Part shown: in pieces, positions 12,986 to 24,876 of the stretch
How positions within the stretch are numbered: position 1 is the stretch's first letter
Layout of the letters: each line of letters starts with the position of its first letter
Assembly (NCBI RefSeq): GCF_016433145.1
Contig: NC_058134.1
Coordinates: 218,056,960-218,113,337, forward strand
Reading direction: 5' to 3'
Source of the DNA: Gracilinanus agilis
Lineage: Eukaryota
Length of the DNA stretch: 56,378 nucleotides
Notes under the pieces: generated by a model
Told to the model about the DNA's origin: nothing
Databases searched by the model: none
Seen by the model: the letters and a program-made list of their open reading frames with translations, nothing else
Made by a program: the position numbers and the translations under genes

Positions 12986-13501
12986 GAGGAGGAGGAGGAG
13001 AAGGAGGAGGAAGAAGAGGAAGAGGAGGAGGAGAAAAAGGAGGTGGAGGAGGAGGAGGAGGAGNNNNNNNNNNNNNNNNNNNNNNNNNNNNNNNNNNNNN
13101 NNNNNNNNNNNNNNNNNNNNNNNNNNNNNNNNNNNNNNNNNNNNNNNNNNNNNNNNNNNNNNNNNNNNNNNNNNNNNNNNNNNNNNNNNNNNNNNNNNNN
13201 NNNNNNNNNNNNNNNNNNNNNNNNNNNNNNNNNNNNNNNNNNNNNNNNNNNNNNNNNNNNNNNNNNNNNNNNNNNNNNNNNNNNNNNNNNNNNNNNNNNN
13301 NNNNNNNNNNNNNNNNNNNNNNNNNNNNNNNNNNNNNNNNNNNNNNNNNNNNNNNNNNNNNNNNNNNNNNNNNNNNNNNNNNNNNNNNNNNNNNNNNNNN
13401 NNNNNNNNNNNNNNNNNNNNNNNNNNNNNNNNNNNNNNNNNNNNNNNNNNNNNNNNNNNNNNNGAGGAGGAGGAGGAGGAAGAGGGGGGAGGAGGAGGAG
13501 A
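12986..13501. repeat. (GGA)n purine tract spanning a 400-N gap (13064-13463)
   Basis: GGA/GAA repeats on both sides of the gap. Confidence 0.85.
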
Positions 13502-13699
13502 AGACCACATCATTATATAGATGGCATCAATGGAATTTTTTTTATTTGGCTAAAACATTATTAGTGGCCCCTGATCTAGTGTGCTGTAAATTAGCTTCAG
13601 ACCAATAACCATGGAATGGTTCCATGGAGTCCTTCTCCTCTGTGCCTGGCAGGTCCTGGCAAGTAAAGACAGAGATAAAATCATGGGATGAAAGACTAG

Positions 13700-13925
13700 A
13701 AAGGAGATGTTAGAGCTGGGATTCATTGTAGAGGAAAGAAGTTAGAATAAAAAATATAGAATGTTAGTCCTTGAAGGGATTGTTATATCATAGGATGTAG
13801 AATATTATACCTAGAAGGGACCTTGAAACACTGAATGTGTCAACATAAAACAGAATGTTACATGTAAAGGAAATCTTAGAACATGGAATGAATGTCACAT
13901 TTGGGGGAAATATTAGAACAGAGGG
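13700..13925 (+). repeat. Degenerate ~33-bp tandem array (cttagaacatagaatgttagagctggaagggac-like)
   Basis: Recurrent tagaatgttag, gaagggacctt and agaaca units. Confidence 0.65.
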
Positions 13926-13940
13926 CATTTTAAAAGGTAA

Positions 13941-14103
13941 TGTGAGAAATAATTTGACCCCTACCCTGTTTGAGTTAATCTCTGCCTTAGTACTGAAGCA
14001 AAGATCCCTATGATCAATCAGTATTATCTAGTTTAATGTGAGACCATAGGGATAGTGATTATTCCCTGATTTATTTCTTTGTATTAACACACATTAATAT
14101 ACA
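13941..14103. mobile_element. Candidate short solo LTR
   Basis: TG...CA ends, near-TSD ggtaa/gttaa, minus-strand AATAAA at ~14070. Confidence 0.35.
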
Positions 14104-14287
14104 GTTAAAAGGTGGAGAAAGCTAGGTGGCTCATTGGATAGAGAACCAGGCCTGGAGAAGAGAGGTCCTGGGTTCAAATCTGACCTCAGACACTTTCTAG
14201 ATATGTGACCCTGGGCAAGTCATTTAACCATTATTGCCTAGCCCTTACCACTCTTCTGCCTTGGAACTGATGTTAAAATTATTGATT

Positions 14288-14836
14288 TTTTCCCATTTTT
14301 TAAAAATTTTAAACCCTTAACTTCTGTGTATTGACTTATAGGTGGAAGATTGGTAAGGGTAGGCAATGGGGGTCAAGTGACTTGCCCAGGGTCACACAGC
14401 TGGGAAGTGTCTGAGGCCGAATTTGAACCTAGGACCTCCTGTCTCTAGGCCTGGCTCTCAATCCACTGAGCTACCCAGCTGCCCCCTTTTTCCCATTTTT
14501 ATTGTCATGCAAAGCATACTTCCATATTGGTCATTATAAGAGCAAAGTCATACATAACCAAAACCCCAAAATAAAACCATAAATACGCTGATATGAAATA
14601 TGACTCCAACAGTTCTTTCTCTGGAGGTGGATAGCATTCCTCATTATGTCTTCTAGGATTGTCCCAGATCATTGCATTGCTGAGAGTAGCCAAGTTTTCA
14701 GATAATCACAGTCCAATATTGCTGTTATTGTGTATGATATTCTCCCAGTTTTGCTTATTTCACTCTGCATCAGTTCCTGCAGATCTTCCCAGTTTTTTCT
14801 GAAATCATCCTGCCTATCATTTCTTATAGTCCAGTA
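14288..14836 (-). mobile_element. Old LINE-1 3' fragment inserted in a SINE1 and itself interrupted by a young SINE
   Basis: Similar to other L1 3' ends (ttatttcactctgcatcagttc); flanked by aaaa(t/c)tattgatt at 14275-14287 and 14837-14849. Confidence 0.75.
14301..14486 (-). mobile_element. Young SINE1-type SINE
   Basis: TSD tttttcccattttt at 14287-14300 and 14487-14500; nearly identical to 24152-24337. Confidence 0.9.
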
Positions 14837-15474
14837 AAAACTATTGATTCTAAGACAGAAGGCAAGGGTTTAAAAACATAAATGAAAGGGCCTCCACTTA
14901 GGCCTATCCATCTAAGTCCTGCATGATATAAACTGTCATAGGGTTCAGTAGCTTCATGATAGTTTTATACAAAATTCAGCACAACGTCTCTGATTATTCA
15001 TTTGTCATTTCCCTTCATGGTCCAACATTGGTATAGAACAGAACTTTTGGAGCATTTGGGCGAAGGCCCATTGCCCTATAAATTGTGTGGGGAATAGAGG
15101 GGGGGGGCGGTTCATTGCCATGCATCCACCCTGTTATCTGTGACAACGAACTGGTTGAGTTGGGAAGAGTAGCTTCGTTTCTTCTGTAATCATTTGGAAA
15201 GAATACAATGAAAAATGTGCATGTTGTTTGTAAAGACTACAGTTGGCACACTTGAGGGTTATAAAATTTACACCCTGGAGCAAATAGGGGGTCTCAGATT
15301 ATGAGGAAAATCTAGGATCCTATGTGGTGGATGGGGCTGGGTTCCTTTAATAAATAGTTATTGGCTCAGAGCTCCGCTTTGGTTATTTTATTACAGATTG
15401 GACAGATTTCTGGCATTACAGTAGAAAGGAGGCTCTTTGACTTAAAAGAGACCCTATAATATAGAATAGGTTTA

Positions 15475-16005
15475 TTTTAATATTAGACTTGGAAGGGACC
15501 TGAGAGCATAAGACAGAATGTTAAACTGTAAGGAACCAAAGAACAAAATGTCATCACTGGGAGGCACTTTAGATGAAGGGATGTTCCAATGAAAAACATG
15601 GAATGTTATATCCAGGAGGCCTTAGAACATAGAATTTTATAGCAGTCAGAGTGGGAAGGAACCTCAGAACATACCATGTCAGATCTGATAAAAACCTTAG
15701 AACACTGAATGCTTAAACACAAACCATCCCTATAGAGGACTTTAAAACAAAGAATGATGCAACATAGAATGATAGAGCTGGAGAAATCTTAGAAAATAAA
15801 ATGTTAAAATTGGAAGGGACCTTTGCTAGAACATACTGTCAAATCTAGAATGGACCTTGGAACACTGAGTGCTAGAATACAAACTGTCAAAGAAGTAAGG
15901 GACCTTGGACAGAGAATGTTAGTCTATACCACCTGAAATGTGGTATAGTTCCTCAGAAGGAACTTTAGAATATAGACAGATGTGAAAGGGACCTTGGAAC
16001 TTAGT
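15475..16005 (+). repeat. Larger degenerate ~33-bp tandem array, same unit
   Basis: More than ten decayed copies of gaagggaccttagaacatagaatgt. Confidence 0.75.
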
Positions 16006-16009
16006 AGAG

Positions 16010-16200
16010 GGGGCAGCTAAGTGATTCAATGGATTGAGAGTCATGCTTAGAGATGGGAGGTCCTGGATTCAAATTTGGCTTCAGATACTTCCTAGCTGGT
16101 TGACCCTGGGCAAGTCACTTCACCCCTTTGCCTAGCCCTGACTGCTCTTCTGCTTTGGAACCAATACACAGCATTGATTTTAAGATGGAAGATAAGGGTT
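16010..16200 (+). mobile_element. SINE1-type SINE abutting the L1 tail
   Basis: gggggcagctaagtgattca...gataagggtt. Confidence 0.85.
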
Positions 16201-17780
16201 TTTTTTTATTAGACATTTATTAATATTCGTTTTTAATTTGTTTACATACTTTATGCCCCTACTTTCCCCTTCACCCCCTGCTCTCCCCCCACCCATGGCC
16301 AACGCACATTTCCACTGGTTGTAACATGTGTCCTTGTTCAGGGTCTATTTCCCATTCATGTTCACCTCAGCCCATGCATTCAAGCAATTGTTTATCTTAT
16401 ATGTTTCCTCTCCTGCAGTCCTTCCTCTGAATGTGGGTAGCATCTTTACCATAAATCCCTCAGAGCTGTCTTGTGTCATTGCAGTGCTGCTGGTACAGGA
16501 GCCCATTACATTTGATTTTACCACAGTATGTCAGTCTCTGTGTACAGTGTTCTTCTGGCTCTGCTCCTTTCGCTCTGCATCAGTTCCCTGAGGTCTCTCC
16601 AGTTCGCCTGGAACTCCTCCAGTTTATTATTCCTTTTAGCACAATAGTATTCCATCACCCCCGCATATACCACAGTTTGTTCAGCCATTCCCCAATTGAA
16701 GGACATACCCTCCTTTTCCAGTTTTTTGCCACCACAAAAAGCGCAGCTATAAATATTTTCGTACAAATCTGTTTATCTATGATCTCTTTGGGGTACAAAC
16801 CCAGCAATGGTATGGCTGGATCAAAGGGAAGGCATTCTTTTATAGCCCTTTGAGCATGATTCCAAATTGCCAGCCAGAATGGTTGGATCAGTTCACAACT
16901 CCACCAGCAATGCATTAATGTCCCAATTTTGCCACATTCCCTCCAGCATTCATTACTCTCCCCTTCTTTCATTTTAGCCAATCTGCTAGGTGTGAGGTGA
17001 TACCTTAGAGTTGTTTTGATTTGCATTTCTCTAATTATGAGAGATTTAGAACACTTTCTCATGTGCTTTTTGATACTTTTGATTTCTTTATCTGAAAATT
17101 GCCTATTCATGTCTCTTGCCCATTTATCAATTGGGGAATGGCTTGATTTTTTATACAATTGCTTTAACTCCTTGTATATTTGAGTGATTAGACCCCTGTC
17201 AGAGTTTTTTGTTATAAAGATTTTCCCCAATTTGTTGTTTCCCTTCTGATTTTGACTACATTGTTTTTGTTTGTACAAAAGCTTTTTAGTTTAATATAAT
17301 CAAAACCATTTAATTTACATTTTGTAATTTTCTCTAACTCTTGCTTGGTTTTAAAGTCTTTCCTTTCCCACAGATCTGACAAGTATACTATTCTGTGTTC
17401 ACTTAACTTATTTATAGTTTCCCTCTTTATATTCAACTCGTTCACCCATTCTGAATTTATCTTGGTGTAGGGTGTGAGATGTTGATCTAGACCTAATCTC
17501 TCCCATATTGTTTTCCAAATTTCCCAGCAGTTTTTGTCAAATAGTGGATTCATGTCCCAAAAGTTGGGCTCTTTGGGTTTATCATACACTGTCTTGCTGA
17601 CATCCTTAACCCCAAGTCTATTCCACTGATCCTCCCTTCTATCTCTTAGCCAGTACCTTATTGATTTAATGACTGCTGCTTTATAGTATAGTTTGATATC
17701 TGGTACTGCTAGACCCCCTTCCTTCACATTTTTTTTTTCATTATTTCCTTTGATATTCTTGATCTTTTGTTATTCCAAAT
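16200..17780 (-). mobile_element. 5'-truncated LINE-1: ORF2 C-terminus, 3' UTR and poly(A)
   Basis: ORFs 17212-17727, 16655-17278 and 16518-16766 give L1 ORF2 motifs (GGLAVPDIKLYYKA, HLTPYTKINS, CWRECG..HCWWSC, PFDPAIPLLGLYP); two frameshifts; T-run at ~16199. Confidence 0.93.
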
Positions 17781-19179
17781 GAATAAATAAGAATAAAAAG
17801 AACTTAATAGGTCTTAGATCTGAGAATATCAGAATGCAGAATACAGAATGACACTTTTGGAAGGGGTGTCTAACCCAACTCCTTCATTTATAGACCCACA
17901 GTGGGACCGTGGTCTGTGGAGGGAAGAACACCAGCTTTGTGGTCAGAAGACCTGCATGTGAATGATGATCCAGGTGTCTAATAACTTTGTGGCTGGAAGC
18001 AAGTTCCTTATCCTCTGTGGTTTTCAGTTCCTTCATCAATAGGGATAACATTATACCTTTCTGGGCTCTTGCAAGGAAAGCCCTATTGAAAAGTGAGCTG
18101 CTGTTATCATTGGGGTTTCTCCCAGCTCAGAATCTGATGGGAGCCTCTAAGAAACTGAGACAGAGGTCAAGTGACTTGTCTTGCGGCACAGCAGGGACTG
18201 GTACCCAGGTATTTGGATTCCAACCCCAGGCTCTCTCCTCTATACTAGCTTCCTCTTAAGGAAAGAGCAGAGCCATAAGAGTCCTCATTTACCCCAGCAA
18301 TAGCTCACTCCTCCTCAGACCTGCTTCAAGATCCTGGGGGAATCCTTCCCTCCAGCTGAAAATGTCTGGCAGAAAAAAAAAAAAACAACAACCAAGATCA
18401 CCAAAACATGAGATAGTAATAGCTAGCATTTGCAGACTGTTTAAAGGTTACCAAGCACAGATGTTACTTTATTTTATCCTCCCAACAATGAAGTGGTGGG
18501 GTGGGTTTGTTATTACTATGCCCATTTCACAGGTGAGGGTATTGAGGCTGAGATTAAGTGACAGAGATTAAGTGAGGCAGAATTTGAATGCAGGTCATCA
18601 AGTACTCTTATCCATGGTACTAGCTAGCTACATGAAGTTAGGGGGTGCTCTTTAGTATACACACTTATCTTCTGTCTTAGAAACAATACTGTGTATTGCC
18701 TTTGAGGCAGTAGAGTGGTAAGGACTGAGCAAAGGGGGGTAAGTGACTTTGCCAGGATCACACATTTAGGAAGTGTCTGAGGTCAAATTTGAACCCAAGA
18801 CTTCCCATCTCCAGACCTGGCTCTCAATTCATTGAACCTGTCACACTCTTTAATCTGGAAAAATGCCCATTCTCCTGACTGCCTGTTACAAATGCATTTA
18901 GGTGTGTCACAATGAAGGATTAAAGGCTCCAATAGATAGTAATTGGGATGAGACATCATTCTCCTACCTTGGCCTGGACAGACACTTTATCACAGCCACT
19001 AGAGGGAGAAATTGGATTGGTTCCCAAATGATCTTGGGCGAGTCTCTTTCCCTCTCTTGGTCTTTAGTTTTCTCACCTGTAAGTAAGGGAATTAGGGCCG
19101 GTTGATTACTTAAGTCCCTCCCAAATATGTGTTCTAAGGTCCCTCTCAGCTCTCATATCCTATAAACTGATTATCTCTG

Positions 19180-19384
19180 TTTTTTTTTTAAATGCTTACC
19201 TTCCATCTTGGAATCAATACTATGCATTGATTCTAAGGCAGAAGAGCGAGAAGGGCTAGGCAATGGGGGTTAAGTGACTTTGCCCAGGGTCACACAGCTG
19301 GGAAGTGTCTGAGGCCAGATTTGAACCAAGGACCTCCCATCTCTAGGCCTGGCTCTCCATCCATTGAGCTACCCAGCTGCCCCT
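19180..19384 (-). mobile_element. SINE1-type SINE
   Basis: Full-length match to other copies; further copies at ~1875-2038(-), 3860-4032(+), 18655-18845(-), 19690-19872(-), 20335-20530(+). Confidence 0.85.
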
Positions 19385-21053
19385 GTTTCTGTTCTAAGGT
19401 CCCTCCCATCTCTGACATTCCTGGCTTTAACATAATAAAGATGATGAAGATGATAGCAAACACTCATACAGTGCTTTAAAGTTTGTCAAGTATTTTATAG
19501 GTATCTAATCTTCACAACAACCCCGTGAAGTGGATGTTATTATTTTTTTTACAGATGAGAAAACTGAGACCAAAAGAAATTGGCAGACAGCAAGTTTCCA
19601 AGCATAATTTGAACTTGAATCTTCCTGACTCCGTGATATAAGTCTATGATTCTTTGTTCCTCTGTAAAACCAAAAGAACAGATTCTTTAATTTTTTATTT
19701 AAAAATCATTACTAAGCATCAATTCTAATAGAAGAATGGTATGGGCAGGGAATTGAAGCCAAGTGACTTGCCTAGGATCACACAGCCAGGACATGTTTGA
19801 GGCCAAACCTGAACCCAAAACCTGCCATCTTCAGTTCTGGTTCTCTATCCATTGAGCCACACAGCTGCCCCTCATATTCTTTATTTATATAAACTTTTCC
19901 TAAGATGATTCTCCATCCCACCTCACATCTACTGACCCAGTGTAGATTCTAGATTCTAGGTTCCTGTGATCCTATGATCTCTAGTGCTCTTTCTAGTTCT
20001 AAGTTCCATAATCAAGTGACAAATTGAGAACAAATGGATGTGGGAAATTAGTTCCCAGAGGAAGGAAGCATAAGCCCTTGAACCAGAGAAGCTAGTGTAC
20101 TCAAGAAAGGACTTCCAGGCCCCTCAGTACCAGCGGTCATCACATGTGTATTTGACCTGTGAGTCTCGTTACCATTTTACTTGTTGAAGCCCTAGAATTT
20201 ATTAGTCTCTGAGAGAAAGTGTTGACAGAGAAGAAAAGAGATCTGATGGCAGAACTTTGAGAAATACTCAAAGTTGGGGTATAGGAGAGGGAAATGAGCC
20301 AATAAAGGAGTCAGAGAGAAAATTATCATAAGGAAGACTAGGTACCTTAGTGGATTGAGAGCCAGGCCTAGAGATGGGAGGTCCTGGGTTCACCTCTGAC
20401 CTCAGACACTTCCTAGCTGTGTGACCCTGGGCAAGTCACTTAGCCCCCATTGCCTAGCCCTTTCTGCTCTTCTGCCTTAGAACCAATACAGCATATTGAT
20501 TATAAGACAGAAGCAAGAGTTTAAAAAAAGAAAGGGTCCCCTTAGATGTAGCATACAGCTTGGCTCAGAGTGCTGGTGCCTTGTAGTGCCCAAAGCTGGT
20601 TTATTTCTCTTCAGGCTCCTGAAAATTTTCATCACCCTTTAGTGACTGTCTTTTCACATTTGTCAGCAAGATTTTCCTGGGTTATCAGCCACCTACTGCT
20701 TCAGCAGCCATTCTCCATCCCCAGCCCCTTTTCTATTTGTGTGCCAAGAAAGGACAGATGCCAGGTATCTCTGGGCTCGGCCTCTTCTGGGCTGGGCCTC
20801 TCAACTGGCACCCTGAAAACCCTCCAGATATGGCAATACCCAGAAGATCACTGTCTAGGCAAGGCCGCTGCTTTGTTACTTCATGGCTCCTGTAATGACT
20901 GTCACTGGCTCTGGTGACCTCCACTACTGTGTCCAGTCACTGGTAGGAGCTCACTATCTCCTGAATTCATGTAGACACCCAAGTGCTAGAGAATATTATT
21001 ACTATTACTGTATTATTCCTGAGTGGTTCTTCCATCTCAGAATACTCATTCAT

Positions 21054-21750
21054 GCCTGCCCTTTGATCCAGCCATACCATTGCTGGGTTTGTACCCCAAA
21101 GAGATCATAAATAAACAGACTTGCACAAAAATATTTATAGCCATTCTCTTTGTGGTGGCAAAAAACTGGAAAAGGAGGGTATGTCCTTTAATTACGGAAT
21201 GGCTGAACAAATTGTGGTATATGCGGGTGATGGAATACTATTGTGCTCAAAAGAATAATAAACTGGAGGAATTCCATGTGAACTGGAAACACCTCCAGGA
21301 ATTGATGCAGAGTGAAAGGAGCAGAGCCAGAAGAACATTGTACACAGAGACTGATATACTGTGGTAAAATTGAATGCAATGGACATCTGTACTAGCAGCA
21401 ATGCAATGACCCAGGACAATCTGGAGGGATTTATGGAAAAGAACATTCTCCACATCCAAAGGAAGAACTGTGGGAGTAGAAACACAGAAGAAAAACAACT
21501 GCTTGAGCACATGGGTTGATGAGAACATGATTGGGGATGTAGACCCGAAAAGACCACACCCATGTAACTATCAATAATGTGTAAATAAGTCTTGACTGAC
21601 CACACCAGTGGAAAATGAGAATTAGGTACGGCTGGGGGCGGGGGAGTGAGGCGGGGGATGGGGGGGTGAAGGGGGTGAAGGGTAAAGTAAAAACATGACT
21701 TATGTAACCAGGGAAATTTTTTCTAAAAATAAAAAATTATTTAAAAAAAA
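21054..21750 (+). mobile_element. 5'-truncated LINE-1 3' end with 15-bp TSD
   Basis: PFDPAIPLLGLYP...MEYYCAQ ORF2 tail; TSD agaatactcattcat at 21039-21053 and 21751-21765. Confidence 0.93.
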
Positions 21751-22772
21751 AGAATACTCATTCATATGAGACCAGAAGGGAATTCATACACATGCATACA
21801 CACACCCCAGAGATACAATGGACTCCAGGATACTGTGGGGCTATTCTAGGTGGGGTAAGGTGCCCAGCTGCCCTTCCCTGATTTGTCAACTCAATGCAGT
21901 CCTGCCTTGCTCATTGCCAGGACAGAAAGAGACTGATTGATGCATGGACGACACCTCCGTACATACTCTCAGATCTGCCTTTGAACATCGCTTCTTCTGG
22001 CTTCATAGCCAATGAGAAGGTTTTTCATGTCAACCCCTCTGCCATTCATGGCTGGAAGAAGGCTGACTAGAGTTAATACATGTTTCCATTGGATATAGGC
22101 AAAGAATATCTGTGAATGATATAATGAATTAAACTGGGAGAGAATAGCTAACATCCTTACAGGACTGAAACCACGCATGGAATTTCATGCATTCTTGAGG
22201 ACTGCAGCTCTTTCCTTCCCTAACCCCCAATTCACCAGCCCAGTCCTGGCTTAGATTATGGAGCTCTCTGAATACAAACCATTTCTAGTCTCAAGGGCAT
22301 GGGCAGGAAAGGAGAGAGACAATTTGGAATTCATATTTAAATTCATCCTTCTACGTAGGGTAAAATATAGATACATGACGAGATGGCACCGTGAGTGGTT
22401 GGAGCGCTGAACTTGAAGTTAAAAAGATCTGAGCTTGAATCCAGCTTCAGACATACTTGTCAGCTGTATGATCCTAAACAAGGGTCTTATCCTTTCAGCC
22501 TCGGTTTTCTCATCTATCAAGTGGAGATAACAATAGTAACCACCTAAACAAGTTGTTCTATCAAATGAGATAATACAGGGAAAGGGTTTTACAAGTCTGA
22601 AAATCTTACATAAAACTTAGCTAACATTTATTACTCATTTCTTCTTGACAGCTTAACACATCAATTTGACTTTGACAATTGTCCCCAGTTTACCTCCTGG
22701 TTCTACACCTTGCTACTACTGCAAAGTTGAATCCCCCCCCCCTTTCCCTCTGTCTCTCTCTCCCTCCTTCCT

Positions 22773-22977
22773 NNNNNNNNNNNNNNNNNNNNNNNNNNNN
22801 NNNNNNNNNNNNNNNNNNNNNNNNNNNNNNNNNNNNNNNNNNNNNNNNNNNNNNNNNNNNNNNNNNNNNNNNNNNNNNNNNNNNNNNNNNNNNNNNNNNN
22901 NNNNNNNNNNNNNNNNNNNNNNNNNNNNNNNNNNNNNNNNNNNNNNNNNNNNNNNNNNNNNNNNNNNNNNNNNNNNN
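22773..22977. other. Assembly gap (205 N) within a pyrimidine-rich tract
   Basis: N-run with CT-rich flanks. Confidence 0.98.
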
Positions 22978-23559
22978 CCCCTCTCTTTCTCCTCCCTCCT
23001 TTTTTGTCAGTTTCTCTGGTCAGTGAGGAAACAAGGTCTTTTTCAGCATGGTTTCCAAGACAAATGCTCCCCACCATGCCCCAAAGTACCTATTATTCCA
23101 GCATGAAACAATGTCCTTGGAAGCCAGGTGACTCTTTATTCCCTGGTGCTTCATTTAGCCCCACTATCTTGACTTGGTCTCTCTTTCTACACAGCCACGA
23201 TGTTGACTCAGAGGCCTCTCTAACACACTAACTCAATCCCTTTTACAAGCCCTGTTTCTCTGCCTTGATAAACTATTTAAGTAACTGCTCCATCCTCTCA
23301 AGACTTTTCTGATAAATTGGCTTCTAGACAATGGGTCCTTTACCTAGAGATCTGGGAACTTTTTTTCTTTTTAAAATTTTGTAATCTGTAGCTCAGTAGA
23401 GTTGGCTTCCTTTTAATCCTCTGTATTTTATGCCTTTGAAAACATAATTCTGAGTAAGTATCCATAAGCATCATGAGACTGCCACAGGGGCTCAAACTAG
23501 AACCAAGATTAAGAATTCTTCTAGACAATTTAATATAGTCCCTTTTTTGTTATCTTTCT

Positions 23560-23795
23560 TTTGTCGTTTTTAGTCATTTCAGTTGCGTCCAACTCTTCTT
23601 GACTTCTTATTGGGTTTTCTTAACAAAGATACTGGAGTGGTTTGCCATTTTCTTCTATGACTTATTTTACAGATAAGGAAACTGAGGCAAAAAGGATTAA
23701 GTGACTTGCCCAGGATCACATAGCTAGTAAGTGTCTGAGGTCAAATGGAACTTTGGAAGATGAGTCTTCCTGACTCCAGGCCCAATGCTCTATCC
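23560..23795 (-). mobile_element. MAR1-type CORE-SINE
   Basis: gtccaactcttc...aagatactggagtggtttgccatt, then CORE; similar copies at ~6600-6750(-) and 30335-30550(+). Confidence 0.7.
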
Positions 23796-23947
23796 ATTTT
23801 AACACAAAGTTATCCAGCTAGGTTACCTTTCAACCTGCATCAAATAATAATGCTTTCTGATTCTATCAGTTCCTTCAAATATCTTCTCCTGCCCATCTCC
23901 CCACCTTACCCAAACTCAGTTTATATGTTCAGTCTGAAGATGAAGAT

Positions 23948-24133
23948 GGGGGGCAGCTGAGTAGCTCAGTGGATTGAGAGCCAGGCCTAGAGACAGGAGG
24001 TCCTAGGTTCAAATCTGGCCTCAGACACTTCCCAGCTGTGTGACCCTGGGCAAGTCACTTGATCCCCATTGCCCACCCTTACCACTCTTCCACCAAGGAG
24101 CCAATACACAGAAGTTAAGGGTTTAAAAAAAAA
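23948..24133 (+). mobile_element. Young SINE1_Mdo-type SINE (short-tail variant)
   Basis: tRNA-like head, CORE, A tail; TSD gaagatgaagat at 23936-23947 and 24360-24371. Confidence 0.9.
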
Positions 24134-24151
24134 GAATCAGTTATGATTTTT

Positions 24152-24337
24152 TTTTTAAATTTTAAACCCTTAACTTCTGTGTATTGACTTATAGGTGGAA
24201 GATTGGTAAGGGTAGGCAATGGGGGTCAAGTGACTTGCCCAGGGTCACACAGCTGGGAAGTGTCTGAGGCCGGATTTGAACCTAGGACCTCCTGTCTCTA
24301 GGCCTGGCTCTCAATCCACTGAGCTACCCAGCTGCCC
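24152..24337 (-). mobile_element. Young SINE1-type SINE nested in the tail of the previous copy
   Basis: TSD tcagttatgattttt at 24137-24151 and 24338-24352. Confidence 0.9.
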
Positions 24338-24876
24338 TCAGTTATGATTTTTAAAAAAAGAAGATGAAGATAGGTCAAATGATCTTAATACACTCATCAT
24401 GTCAAAAAAATTCATATTTTAAAAAAATGTTTTATGTTTAAATGTTTTGCTTCATGTAAAAGAAAAAAAATTTAATTTAATGAGAAAAAATGAATCGTAG
24501 AAACAAAAATATTAGTGTCAACTCAGTCAACTAGTCAGACAGGAATATAAGAATACAGGCACACATGCACATATATGACAAATGGGGTCAGGAGCTTCCA
24601 TAGAGCTTTCTTGACTGCCCTTGACAAATAGGAGCTATTTGGGTATGACTATGGGTGAGAACATGAGAGCCCTGAGGGAGAAGAACTTTGGAGACACAGA
24701 AGTGAGTGCATCTCTCTGGACACTGGGCAGAGAATGGGGACTGCTCAACACGTGGGTGTAGTAAGCCTTTTTCCAGTGCTCTGAGGGGATCATATGAATA
24801 AGTTTTAGCCAGAGTATTGATGCTGCCATCTCACTGTATGACCTGAATTGTTTTCTCATTAGAAAAATTAAAGGGA

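Larger units (their letters stand above)
14112..14878 (+). mobile_element. Older SINE1 split in two (14112-14287 and 14837-14878)
   Basis: The body ends at ...tattgatt and resumes as tattgattctaagacagaaggcaagggtttaaaaa. Confidence 0.8.

Noticed and set aside
12802-13608. Poly-E/G/P/L ORFs; likewise the EGRK/PSFL ORFs at 27066-27641 and ORFs at 22666-23106 and 43546-43908
   Set aside because: Artefacts of simple repeats and N-gaps.
15015-15300. P-loop-like G*VGKSSF and other protein-like frames in a unique island
   Set aside because: Stop density is about what random sequence gives, and the motif itself contains a stop.
13700-16005. Periodic repeats superficially like a CRISPR array
   Set aside because: Mammalian context, no constant repeat with unique spacers, no cas genes.
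21921-22070. Plus frame with HTH-like KVFHVNPSAIHGWKK and minus frame with integrase-like EYVRRCRPC
   Set aside because: Conflicting strands, short motifs, internal stops; indistinguishable from chance without a profile search.
23948-24020. tRNA-like sequence (A and B boxes)
   Set aside because: It is the tRNA-derived head of a SINE, continuing into CORE and tail; not a tRNA gene.
24600-24860. Unique segment with open frames on both strands and a GAA|GTGAGT donor
   Set aside because: No recognisable product and no consistent exon chain.
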